Shown: positions 37,441 to 49,781, numbered from the whole stretch's first letter. The stretch: 62,973 nucleotides of DNA, filler included, from Lenisia limosa (GCA_001655205.1; 17 parts of 17 records of this genome joined end to end with filler, not necessarily neighbours in it), one strand, 5' to 3'. Numbers and translations: made by a program. Notes: generated by a model not told the origin, from the letters alone.

Positions 37441-38482
37441 CAAAGGAGGCCGATTCCGGAGAGAGTGGTTCCGGTTAAGTCACAAAGAGCAAAGAGAGTG
37501 AAGATGAAGGATGGCTGAATGGTGATTGAAGCCCCAGATTCTTTTTATCATTTATTTCTCATTGCTATATAGTGTATCGATATTTTTCAGATTGTTTCGA
37601 GGATTTAATAAGATCCATTACCAATACAATAGAAGTCATAACGTCCAAATCCCATCCGCGTACCTTGGGGAGATTGAGAATTTTCTTGTCTTCTTCAGTG
37701 AGAGGCTTGGTAACCTCAGTTGCCTCTTCCTCTTTACGGACCTAGGGGAAGGGGGATGAAAATGGACAGATTTTTGATGATTTTATTTATTTAAAAAACC
37801 AATTGATACACAGACTGGCTGGGAATACGAGCCAAGTTTCTGGTTTACCAACCTGCTTTGAAGCAGGGTAGTAATTCAAAAAATTGGCTCGGTTTTCCGT
37901 TCAATTTTCTCTAAGATTGTGACAATTTTCTGAATTATCAATCTGCTTTAAAACATCCAACCTTTCTTCTCATACGGAAGCGGAGGAAGATGAGAAAGAA
38001 GACACAGAGCTAGAAAGTCAGCAGGGGAGGGGGGGGGGTGAAAAAACAAAAAAAAACAAAGGAGTTTATTTGTTCACAGCAGAAAATAGATCAAATACAA
38101 TCGTCACGGTATATGATATGTAGAAAAATAGAAAAACACAGTCTTGTCCAACCATAAGCTAACACCAAAGTCTTGTCCAACATAAAAATACGCAAAATGA
38201 AAAAGTTAACAGCTGTAGTGACTTTTCTTTGTAATTTCAGGGAGTCTGGAGGAAGAGACGATTCTTCCAAAACGGATTAAACATTGATGCACGTAAACTA
38301 AAAAGCCTGATTTTCCACACCTATCACCCCCACCTTCCACACCTATCACCCACCCCTTCTCACCGATTCTCCTATGAACATAGCTGTCGTTTGGAGGCTA
38401 AAGGGTGAGGGTAAACTAAGGCTTAAACACTCACTGTTGAACCAAGTCACGTGTCCACACACACACACAGACATACACACAC

Positions 38483-38522
<40 letters not shown>

Positions 38523-39471
38523 CACCCATACACACACACACACAGGCTTAAACAGCGTATTTGTGGGATTGTGGTTCAAAATCAGCTGAGGTATAATATA
38601 TCGATATATATGTATGTAGTGGTAACAGAGGATTAATCAGGAAATTCAGGCAATGTTGATCAAAAAGCGAGATTATTTAACCGGTTTTTTTGGACCGTAG
38701 GGAAATTAATTAGATAATCTCCCGAACTGGGTGATAAGGTTTCTCATCCTTCTTACAAGGGGAAAGAGAACTTTTCTCCGTGTGCCTCCTGGTTGTTTTG
38801 GAACCTGGAAAATGACGCCTTAAGAATCGAAGAATAATGCTGTGAAATGATGACCCATATCCAAGCCACAAAACAAGCGAAGAATAACGCTGAAATAATG
38901 TTGTGAAATGATTAAGAATAACATCTTGAAATTAAGGAGAATATTTCTTGGTGATTTTGGAACCTGTAGAATGAAAGAGAATGAAGGGTAATAAAAGGTA
39001 ATAAAGGAAGAAAAGAAAAGAAAAGGGAATACCAATGTGATATTCAAATAGACTGACTGGTGCCCTCATGCTATGGCTCCTATTTGTAAACAACTAAAGA
39101 ATGTTCTCGAAGAATTCTAGAATATCGACAAGCTCAGCTTACTTCTTGGAGATGGTGTTGATCGACCCTAGATAAATGAGAGCAAAAACTGGCTCTTTGT
39201 CAGAGGTAGCCAATACATTGCTGTTGTGTCATTGGTTAGGAGGCGTATCTCTCTTAACAAACACCAAATTGTACCATCATATATTGTCAAAACATCTATA
39301 ATATTGGCAAAAAGTAGTTAAGCCCCAAAACAAATGCAAATATGAAAATAATCATTTTCATCCGGAGGTGAAGAAGTAGATTTAGGATGACAAGAAGGAT
39401 GACAATTACGTGTGCATCTCACCTGTCAGCAACATGCCGATCACAATGACCCAGTCGGACGCAGACACCAT
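37441..39471 (-). CDS. SLC35F6: SLC35F6-like (DMT/EamA superfamily) transporter, N-terminal part
   Basis: Seven in-phase exons give MVSASDWVIVIGMLLTG|SINTISKK|FQNNQEAHGEKFSFPF|LQTTAMFIGES|LCVFFLIF...|...|PSFIFTLFALCDLTGTTLSGIGLL. This matches the SLC35F6 motifs MLVTGSINT, PFLQ..MFLGE and ALCDMTGT. Confidence 0.8.
37861..37948. mobile_element. Minor palindromic MITE-like family G
   Basis: Imperfect TIR AAGCAG..TAATTCA.AAAATTG. A related copy starts at ~36637. Confidence 0.55.
38455..38545. repeat. (CA)n microsatellite in SLC35F6-like intron
   Basis: Visible interrupted CA run. Confidence 0.95.
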
Positions 39472-39780
39472 GATGTACGTTAAGGGCTGTGAAGAAGGTC
39501 AGGAAGAGTCCAGAGGGGTCTTGGAGCGAACAAGTCAAAAGATTTTACGACACCTACCTTGAACTCTGAATCAAATTAGAGTTGAACAGATACACTAAGC
39601 ACTCTGACGTTGAAAAAGGGGCCATTTTGCTGAATTGTCATCTTTTAAAGGCTACCTCGCGCAGCGGAGCCGATCAAATGTGAAATCCAAAATTATTTTG
39701 ACAAAAACAACAGAAAAAAAAGTCTTTATAGTGGTTATGTTGCGTAATAATTAAACAAATATTGACGTAAAAGTGCCGAA
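39472..39780. promoter_or_regulatory. Putative bidirectional promoter between divergent SLC35F6-like and VPS11 start codons
   Basis: Only 309 bp separate the two head-to-head ATGs, and the region is repeat-free. Inferred from position only. Confidence 0.5.
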
Positions 39781-41454
39781 ATGTTTCAGTGGCCAAAGTT
39801 TGTACCTTTATTCATTTCCCCAGTCGTGCTAATCGGTATTTAGGTTCCAATTCTATAACAAGGAAACCCTTCCTGCTAATGGGACCACACAGAAGCTCCA
39901 ACAAGCAACTATAACTGCCGTTTCATCCGGAAATGGTCTGCTATTGCGTTCTGAGGCGTTTCCCCCATTCTCTTTAACTTATTTTTATAGGTTCCGTTGC
40001 TGCAGGTTCAAATACCGGCGAGGTCTTTCTTCTTTCGCGAGATCTCACAGTGACCTCCTTGAAGGTTCTGGGGAAATTAGGCAAGCGCAAGGTATTTCGA
40101 ATGACAAGACTTTTATTCAAAATTTTGCTTATGTGAAAGTTAACCTCGAATATTAATGTTCAAGGTTGTTTTTGCATTCCCCTTGAAGACTCTTTTCTTC
40201 GCCTTATTGTCTTTCCTCTTGAAGGCTTTTCTTCACCTTATTATGCTTCTTCTTACAGTCTTTTCTTCACCTTATTCTTCCTCTTGAGGCTTTTCTTCAC
40301 CTTATTGTCATTCCTCCTAATAATGTTCTTTCGTTCAACTTGTTCATTGAGTCATCTTTTCTGATAGTCTTAATGCTTTTATATTATCATTTATCATTCC
40401 TTTGAGGGTAGTTCCGGGACTTTATAAAGGGTTTCTCAGATATAGTATTAAAAACATTTTTGCAAATTGAAACTAGGATCATAAATATATTTTTAGGAAA
40501 GTGTTGGTTGCTTTGTTCTTTCCTGGTTAGTCTTGATCGATTTTTTTGCAAGGAATTTTGATTCAATTGGTCAAAGTTTGAGCAAAATATGAGAAGCTTA
40601 GGCAAATGATGAGGTGAATTATAATTATACTGTAATCCAATATCATATCTCTAATAACTGTGATGGTGTGAACGACTTCGGCCAGAGAAAGCCTTGTTTT
40701 AAATCTCATCCCTGCATATGCTAAGCGTTTATTCGACTTTGTGAACCTAAATTTTACTCGGGTTGTATTAGTAGAATGACCCCTTTTATCACAGGCATGT
40801 CATGTTTTTTGCTTGTTATTTTTTTTTTATTTTTGTTTTTTGTTTGGAGCCTCAGATTATTCGGTTCGTGAATAGTATTACGCCAATATTCTTCATCGAA
40901 ATCTCCTTCGTTTTACTCCCTCCTCTCCGAGAATATGAGCTTTGTTTGTTTCGTTTTGTTACTTGTCAACAGAGTTGGTTTTGGGCTTTTTTTGTTTCAT
41001 AATTTTTTTCCAATTTTACCTGGAGTGATGGGATGCGGTGCTGTAGAAGCGACTGTCCTGGGCTTTGTTTTTTTTTTGTTTATTTTTCAACCCTCGTGTG
41101 TTTTCACACAGAGTTGATTTTGGGCTTTGTTTTGTTTCATAAATTTTTCAATTTTACCCCCCATCAAGTTTTAGCGTTGGTTGCTCGTGTTTGTTATTGC
41201 TTGTTTTTTTGTTTGGACTTTCAGAATGTTCGGTTCGTGATTAGTACCTTGACGTCATCAAAATTCCTTCATTTACTCCCCCCGCTCCCACGTCTTTAAG
41301 AAAATCCAAGTTAACTATCAGGGTTATTATTTTCCAATTTCACCCCCCTCCCTAGGCATTCCAGCACTCCACATCCGCCGTGGCTCTGAGCAGCAAGAGG
41401 GACCTACTAGTTGCATGTGGTATTGACGATCTAAACGATCCCGGAATCCTGGCT
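39781..41454 (+). CDS. VPS11: Vacuolar protein sorting 11 (HOPS/CORVET), N-terminal beta-propeller exons
   Basis: Exons 39781-39797, 39844-39935, 39991-40064, 41356-41454 give MFQWPKFQFYNKE..ITAVSSGNGSVAAGSNTGEVFLLSRDLTVTSLKAFQHSTSAVALSSKRDLLVACGIDD. This matches VPS11 W.RF.FF.KE / IT..DSGRG / L..VGED. Confidence 0.85.
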
Positions 41455-42479
41455 GTGGGGGGGGGGTAATATATAATTGAATTAACGACAGCATAGGACC
41501 TNNNNNNNNNNNNNNNNNNNNNNNNNNNNNNNNNNNNNNNNNNNNTTAATTAATTAANNNNNNNNNNNNNNNNNNNNNNNNNNNNNNNNNNNNNNNNNNN
41601 NTAACTTTTTCGTGTGGTCACTTAGTGTTCGTTATTTTTGCCTGTAAAAACCTTCAAGCACCAATATTCCAAAAAAAGCATCGATTTATCTAAAAAGCAC
41701 CGTTTTTTGTGGAAGGGAATATATATTCATATAGAGTGAAGAACAGGATAAGTCTTGACCGATTTGCTATATGAGTTCCCAAAGCAGATAGGTCAAGACT
41801 TATCCTGGTCACTGTATATATATACATGTATCGTTTATAACGATGACAAGTATCAGCTCACATACCTCCCCCCCCCCCCNNNNNNNNNNNNNNNNNNNNN
41901 NNNNNNNNNNNNNNNNNNNNNNNNNNNNNNNNNNNNNNNNNNNNNNNNNNNNNNNNNNNNNNNNNNNNNNNNNNNNNNNNNNNNNNNNNNNNNNNNNNNN
42001 NNNNNNNNNNNNNNNNNNNNNNNNNNNNNNNNNNNNNNNNNNNNNNNNNNNNNNNNNNNNNNNNNNNNNNNNNNNNNNNNNNNNNNNNNNNNNNNNNNNN
42101 NNNNNNNNNNNNNNNCGTGTCGCGGGAACGGTCAAAAGTGAGGGGCGTGACAATGAAGGGCGTCGCTGTGGTTTTGGGCGGAGCTGATGGGTAGTTAGTA
42201 CAATAAAGGATTGAATTGCTGGACAAACTCTGGGTTTCCTTGCCCCAAAAACTTAATATACAGTGACCGGGATAAGTCTTGACCGATTTGCTATGTGATT
42301 TCCCAAGGAAAATCAGTCAAGAGTTATCCCGGTCACTGTATATCTTGATAATCCTTGGTAGATATCCACATTTTCCCATCCCAAATATCACAGAAGCGAT
42401 GAAAAATACTATGAGAATGAAACCAAACTATCTACATCATCACAAAAAAAGCCAACATGTAAAGCTTCAAAACCAATAA

Positions 42480-42655
42480 TAAAAATAGTAACAATAATAG
42501 TAACAATAATAGTAACAATAATAACAATACTACTACTACACATAATAATAATGCAATAATAATACAATACTAATAGTAGTTAATAACAAAAAAATAATAC
42601 AAGTAGTTAATAACAATAAAATAATACTAAGTAGTAGTTAATAACAATAAAATAA
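42480..42655. repeat. AAT/AAC/AGT low-complexity tract
   Basis: AATAATAGTAAC-type units. Confidence 0.85.
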
Positions 42656-45445
42656 AGGCTGGAGCGCCAAAACTCCGAATTTTATAATATAACTCCGAAT
42701 TTTATTTTTTCCAACAACGCACAAATAAGTTCATATTTCATGAAAACAAAGAAAAAATGCACATAAAACATAAAATGAAGACAATAGAATACTGTATTTT
42801 CCATAAAAGAGCAAAATTGGATCACTTTTTTTTGCTGATCTTGCCTTGATCTTGAAAAAAAAAATTTCCCCTGAAACATCATTTTCTCTCGTTTCCGCGT
42901 ATTTTATTGATATTTTTGTAATATATTTTCATTTTCGAGTGGAAAGGTGCAGGAGGGCGCTTTAAAGAGGACTTTTTGGACTTTTTTTTTTATCCAGATT
43001 ACAATTTGATTTTTAAATTTTCTTCTTCCTTTTGCCAAAAGGCTCTTGAAGATATAATATACGAAATAGTTCATAGATAAAATCAGCAAAAGTTNNNNNN
43101 NNNNTGTTTTCCACTCCGCTCCCTGTCTAATATTGAGCATTGCTATTGTAAGAAGCTCTCTATGAGAGGAAATCACCCACTCACGCTTCTCTATCTGATT
43201 CATCTTCTAACAGTCAACTTTTTGCTGCTACCATTTGACCTTATTCAGTGGCACCATGCACTACCCGAAAATGGTTACCCAATCGCTTCCAAAGCCTACT
43301 TAAAGAGGTTATGCTCAANNNNNNNNNNNNNNNNNNNNNNNNNNNNNNNNNNNNNNNNNNNNTTAATTAATTAANNNNNNNNNNNNNNNNNNNNNNNNNN
43401 NNNNNNNNNNNNNNNNNNCAAACAAAGCCCAGGCCAGTCGCTTGAGGATTAACCGCATCCCATCACTCCAGCGTAAAATAATATGGGGGTAAAACATGGG
43501 GTGGCGGGGGATTTGGAATAGTTATGAGACAAAAGAAAGCCCAAAATCAACTCAGGCTGAGAACAACAAAACAAACAAAGCCCAGGTCAGTCGTTTCTGT
43601 AGCCGTAACATTTCATTTTAGCATTGTATATTGGGGGTTTCACTTCGGTTTTGAAAAGACCGGTAAAATATTGATAGTTTTCGAGGATTTAATCGAGAAA
43701 TTCAGTCTTTTTTGAACCGAAGTGAAGCCCATCTCATAAAATATGAAGCCACAAAAAACGTTCCCATTGTATTTGAAGGGAAGGGGAATGCTCAACACCC
43801 ACTTTTGGTGCAGGGGAAGGGGGGGGAGATAGTAGGGTACTTGAAGAATTCTGAAACAGTCAACACATAAAATCATTATGTATTACTGAAATCCACTAAA
43901 CCCATTTAAATCTCGGGAAACATTTTTTATTTTTTCATACAGTATCATACCAAAAGAGATATCAAATCTAAAGACAGATATCCATTCCAACCCCAAACAA
44001 ACTGAAGGTAATAACCCCCTTGGGTTTATATTATTTTTGCAGTAAAGTTTCTATTGAAACTAGAATCATAGAGAGTAAAGTCTCTATTGAAACTAGGATC
44101 CAGCGGTTGACTACACAAAAGAATCCACAGAAAACGACAGAAACAGGAGGACTTCACGAACATATAATTATTCAAATATGGTTTCAGGCTATCTTTGAAT
44201 TGAGACACGAGTCCTCAAACAACATAAATCATCTCAGTAAAAACGGCAACTTTCCTGGTACCCCACTTTAATAATACCCTTCCTCCCACAAGCCTAGCCT
44301 GTCTTAGCCGGTCTTGGACTCGTTGGGCTNNNNNNNNNNNNNNNNNNNNNNNNNNNNNNNNNNNNNNNNNNNNNNNNNNNNNNNNNNNNNNNNNNNNNNN
44401 NNNNNNNNNNNNNNNNNNNNNNNNNNNNNNNNNNNNNNNNNNNNNNNNNNNNNNNNNNNNNNNNNNNNNNNNNNNNNNNNNNNNNNNNNNNNNNNNNNNN
44501 NNNNNNNNNNNNNNNNNNNNNNNNNNNNNNNNNNNNNNNNNNNNNNNNNTAGAATGTAACTGTAACATTGATACAACAATAAAACCTAAAATCAACTCTG
44601 TAAGTTAAACATTTGCAAAATCAAGAAACCAAAAACAGCACCCCTCACCCTCAGAGGGGTACTGACTGTGGATCTCTAAACAGTTAATCCGTGTGCAAAT
44701 CAAATCTATATTCAGGGTGGGGGCAAATCAAATCTATATTCTTGGTGGGGGCATTGCGAGAAAATAGGATAACTCTTGACTCGGACCATCATGAAGCCAA
44801 ATAATACTTCCTACTACTAACATTATATATATATATTCAACAGGTATTCGATAATATTGATGCAATCAGTGAGCCAAATACGCAGGTTCTATTTCACAAT
44901 ACATGTACAACCGAAACAAAAAAATCATACTTGGGTGTGAAATAGTGAAGGCATCACAGAATATTTAAATAGTAGGTTTGGTTCCACGCACCGGTGGTTT
45001 GACAGGTGTTGCAGGCTGGGGTGTCGAGACTGGAGGAGGTGCTGACGCTCGTTCAGAGTCCCTCTGTACCATAAGTCATCATTCCCATTATGTGCTCTCG
45101 TCCATCCCAAGGGATTCACTTCGGTTCGAAAAAGACCGGTAAAATATCGATAGTTTTCGAGGATTTTTCGAGAANNNNNNNNNNNNNNNNNNNNNNNNNN
45201 NNNNNNNNNNNNNNNNNNTTAATTAATTAANNNNNNNNNNNNNNNNNNNNNNNNNNNNNNNNNNNNNNNNNNNNAGAATACTTTCAAAACTCCTCGACAC
45301 CCCCCCCCCCTAGTGCCGCAAAAGCGACTGGTCTGGGCTTTGTTTGTTTTATTGTGGTCAACCTTCGTGTGTTACCAGACAACAGAGTTGATTTGGGCTC
45401 TTTTTTTTTGTTTGTTTCATGAATTGTCCAATTTTACTCCCCCAG

Positions 45446-46506
45446 GCACCATTCGACTCCTCACACCAAGTCTGGAGGTTACCTCGAAGAAGAGACAGCA
45501 TCGCGAGACTATTCAGTCGCTGTCGTTCTCTCCCAACTGCGAAATGCTGGCTGCTGGTGAGCGGGGGGGGGGGGGGGNNNNNNNNNNNNNNNNNNNNNNN
45601 NNNNNNNNNNNNNNNNNNNNNNNNNNNNNNNNNNNNNNNNNNNGAATGCAAGGTGTTTTTTTGATACATGGTGGCATAACTCAGTTATCAAGATATTGTC
45701 ACATTAATCTTCAATTTCAGCAGAGAAGTGAAACCTTGGCTTTGAGGATAATATTTGAAATACTATATGGATACTATATATATATTATGTAAATTATACA
45801 ATTTTAGAATAGTTAATACACTACAAGGTTAGGTGCTTTTATATCATATTCCTCTTTTTCACCCCCCCCCCCCAGGCTCGCGAGACAACTACGTCGGAAT
45901 ATTTGGTGTTGAAGGCGGCAAGTTGAGACGCACTGCTATCGGCCGCGGAGCCTCTTCTTTCGTTACACACGTGGACTGGGATGAGACTAGGTGGGGGGGG
46001 GGGGNNNNNNNNNNACGAACCGAATCTGAAACTCCAAACAAACAAAACACAAGCAATAACAAGGGTAAATGGGATATTTATGAACGAAAGAGCCCACAAG
46101 TATCTGCTAATGGGATTGGGATGAAAGGGGGAGTGTAATCTGGGAAGGTGTTGTTGGGATGGAATGATGGGGACAAGAGAGATTGAACTAGGTTGGAGGG
46201 GCAAATAGCTGGTGTTCTGTTTTCAGTAAAATGCTGAGCTGACAGAGCTTTTTTTTTTTTTTTTTTTNNNNNNNNNNNNNNNNNNNNNNNNNNNNNNNNN
46301 NNNNNNNNNNNNNNNNNNNNNNNNNNNNNNNNNNNNNNNNNNNNNNNNNNNNNNNNNNNNNNNNNNNNNNNNNNNNNNNNNNNNNNNNNNNNNNNNNNNN
46401 NNNNNNNNNNNNNNNNNNNNNNNNNNNNNNNNNNNNNNNNNNNNNNNNNNNNNNNNNNNNNNNNNNNNNNNNNNNNNNNNATGAGGTACTCTACTTCTCT
46501 GCTAGA
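45446..46506 (+). CDS. EML/EMAP-family WD40 protein, internal exons
   Basis: 45446-45556 and 45876-45990 give HRETIQSLSFSPNCEMLAAG|SRDNYVGIF...GRGASSFVTHVDWD, matching EML GSHDNFIYIY / GHSSFITHLDWS. A further exon EVLYF ends at 46506. Confidence 0.85.
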
Positions 46507-46861
46507 GTAAGGGGAATGGGCTCATTTGGCGTAAATGAGGGGAGGTGATGGGAGGGAAGGTAAAACTGTTTTTTTTTAAAAGTGATTTTAAAATTCCTTC
46601 AAATTGTCTCTCATTTTCTGCATTACTCGCCCAATTTCAGATTATTCGTTTAGAAATTTGTAACTTTACGCTCATATTCGCCAATCAATCTTTCTCAACA
46701 CATTGTTGGATTTTTATGATATTCATTCGAATTTCCTTACCTCCCCCACGTTCTTNNNNNNNNNNNNNNNNNNNNNNNNNNNNNNNNNNNNNNNNNNNNT
46801 TAATTAATTAANNNNNNNNNNNNNNNNNNNNNNNNNNNNNNNNNNNNNNNNNNNNCAACAG

Positions 46862-49452
46862 GTGTCTCAACGACCCCGACTCCACCGTCAAAAATGCCGC
46901 TGCTGATGTGGGTGGTTTCTATGGGACCAAATAGAGCCGAATTTTGTATTTCGATGATTCTTTCAAGTTTCCCCCTCATGACATATTTATTTTACCTGAT
47001 TCACCTCAGTGTATTCCTGAGCTTGCGTGCCACACCATGCGTCTCGACCATCTTCTCATCGAAATCAACAATTTCCACAAGGCTGGTGACAACGTATGCG
47101 GCTTGATATGCGGCTTGATATGGGGATAATGTGGGTACCTTGATACAGTTGATGTTTTTTTCTCTTCTCGGACAAGTCTAAGAATAGTCCTCACCACCCC
47201 CCCTCAGGTGACCCGGGCCGTGTGCCTCAAGACCACAGCTAACGTGCTCATCAAAACGGCTGGTGGAAAGGTCAAAATCAAGCCGGCCACCTACGAGGCA
47301 ATTTCTGAGAGTGTCATTGCGAGACTGTCTGATGACGACCCTGCTATTCGCGCTGTGNNNNNNNNNNNNNNNNNNNNNNNNNNNNNNNNNNNNNNNNNNN
47401 NNNNNNNNNNNNNNNNNNNNNNNNNNNNNNNNNNNNNNNNNNNNNNNNNNNNNNNNNNNNNNTTTACCCCGTTCCCATTTCCTGACTATCAGTCTGCTGC
47501 ACTCGCTGTCGCAAGCTCAGACTGGCCCGAAGCCCTCTTCGAGACCGCGAGTCATTACAACGTCGCTGAGCCCCAGGTATGCATTAATGCTGTGCTTTCG
47601 TTTGTATGTTATACAACTGAGTTAGCATTGGCGTCTATGTGTTTAATATCATATGATACCATATGATACAGTACAACATTGGTATTCTATACAGCTAAAT
47701 GTGAATATACATGTATGATGTTTTGGTGGAAATGATATTGCTCTGCACGCACCATCTGGCGTTATTGAAGACGCTCTTTGGCCCACATCCTGAAATGAAC
47801 CCCCTCTTTGTTTAAACTTTCCAACTTTACTCCCCCCAGTTTGCTCGTCACGGAGCCTCCTCTGTCGCTGTTGCAGTATCCAAGGCAGGCCGTGCTGGTG
47901 GGATGGGGGCTTTTGTCAGTTCGTCGTCGTTTATCGGATATTTCAAGGGCCTGATCAAAATTGAATATCTTTTTTTTTTTTTTTNNNNNNNNNNNNNNNN
48001 NNNNNNNNNNNNNNNNNNNNNNNNNNNNNNNNNNNNNNNNNNNNNNNNNNNNNNNNNNNNNNNNNNNNNNNNNNNTAGTTGGGATCACCTGTTTATTGGT
48101 ACTCTTTTTTTGACGGTTCAGGACAAGTGCCAAATCTCCTGGAGAACATCCAGGAAATGATGAAGGACCCTTGGAGCTTCGTTCGTCAGGTATGTTGACT
48201 ATGGATAGTAAATCTAGTATTGTTACAAAAAAAACCCAGGTATTTAGCTTGCCAATGGAATATTGAGCTTATCATGTTGTTATAACGGAATATTGGGCTT
48301 TTGTTATAATAGGCTGTTGAGTTTATCATGTTCTTTTTTCCAATTACCTTTATTAGCTTANNNNNNNNNNNNNNNNNNNNNNNNNNNNNNNNNNNNNNNN
48401 NNNNNNNNNNNNNNNNNNNNNNNNNNNNNNNNNNNNNNNNNNNNNNNNNNNNNNNNNNNNNNNNNNNNNNNNNNNNNNNNNNNNNNNNNNNNNNNNNNNN
48501 NNNNNNNNNNNNNNNNNNNNNNNNNNNNNNNNNNNNNNNNNNNNNNNNNNNNNNNNNNNNNACGGACCACCAATATTCCCTATTTTTTCATCCTCATCCT
48601 CTAGGACGCTTGCACTGCTTCCGGTCATCTCTTTGCCAACGAGAATACTAGTGGTGGGAGGGTGGTTCTGAAGGCATATTAATCTGGATTATCAGTATTA
48701 CCGCGACATGGGGTTTCTTATCTAATAATATTGAATTTTATTGATTATTGGAGTGTTATTTCCATCATCATCGTTGACATCCTAGCCGAAGAATGCGCCA
48801 CTTTAGGCAAGGCTGTCGCCACTTCAGCCCTCGACGTCGACATTGAGACCAGAGTGGGACTGGATCCACATCGAATAAAAAGTTGCCCATTTTTACCCAA
48901 TAATGGATTGGTAGTGTTATTCCCCTCTGACGTTTAGATTGAGGCAATCATTGCTATCAAAAAGTACTACAAACACCGCCCACAAGAAGCCGCCAGCTCA
49001 GCCGTTCTGACCATCCCGGCTCTCATGGGTGCTGTAACGTGAGCAACGAGGCTTTGCTACTGCTAATATGGGGCAATTGGGGCTGTTTTAAATGGAGATA
49101 GTGTTTCGGGACACTAATTGTCACCACCAACTATCCTAGTTCGACTTCGGCCTCAACCTTTTTCTTCTTCGTGAACCACTTTCAACAATTCAGACAACGC
49201 GTGTTGCCAGTCAAGCTTGAAGCCGAGCGCGCCCTTTTCTACGCCCTCAAAGCGGCCGGCGGCGACATCAAGACTCTCTCAACTCCTACCAAGAAGGTGC
49301 GTGCCTTGCCGGGTTCCTGTGTTCTTTGGGCTTTTGTTGCTATTGTTGATCTCACTATCTAGATTCCTCACACATCCATCACACAAGCCGCGGACTACTG
49401 CCGCCGTATCATTTCCAAACTCGACTCTGCTGACTCGGATGATGAGGAGTAA
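46862..49452 (+). CDS. GCN1: GCN1 (GCN2 activator, HEAT repeats), C-terminal exons
   Basis: CLNDPDSTVKNAAAD|..RLDHLL..|VTRAVCLKTTANVLIKTAGGK..RLSDDDPAIRA, KDPWSFVRQ, AIIAIKKYYK..IPALMGAVTQRVLPVKLEAERALF, and acidic end SKLDSADSDDEE*. These parallel the GCN1/ILITYHIA C-terminus. Confidence 0.85.
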
Positions 49453-49781
49453 CCCCCAGGTTCCAATTTAAATTATCGTTACATCTGGGTGTGCCATTTG
49501 GGGATCTCTCTACTAAATACTGCTTCATCAACATCACACGACACCACTTTTAAGATTAATACCACATGGATAACATGTTGAAATAATGTGATAATTTAAA
49601 TTTGGCTTCTGTAAAAAGAATGCCAGGATACGAATTCGAACAATAACTAAGCCTATCACAGTCTTCACAGATGGGGTATATATATGCGGTTGTGTGATGG
49701 ATCAAAGGATTCAAAATTCGAAAAAATAAAATCAAATGTAAACTCGGAGCCAATTCTATCTGCAAGATCGAGGCCGAAGGG

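Noticed and set aside
41755-42226. Long ORFs dominated by X (also 28922-29238, 44215-44595, 48263-48651, 53367-53795)
   Set aside because: They are open only because N runs contain no stops.
47208-47357. UTP10/HEATR1 call from RLSDDDPAIRA
   Set aside because: The flanking exons and the PVKLEAERA plus acidic C-terminus fit GCN1 better.
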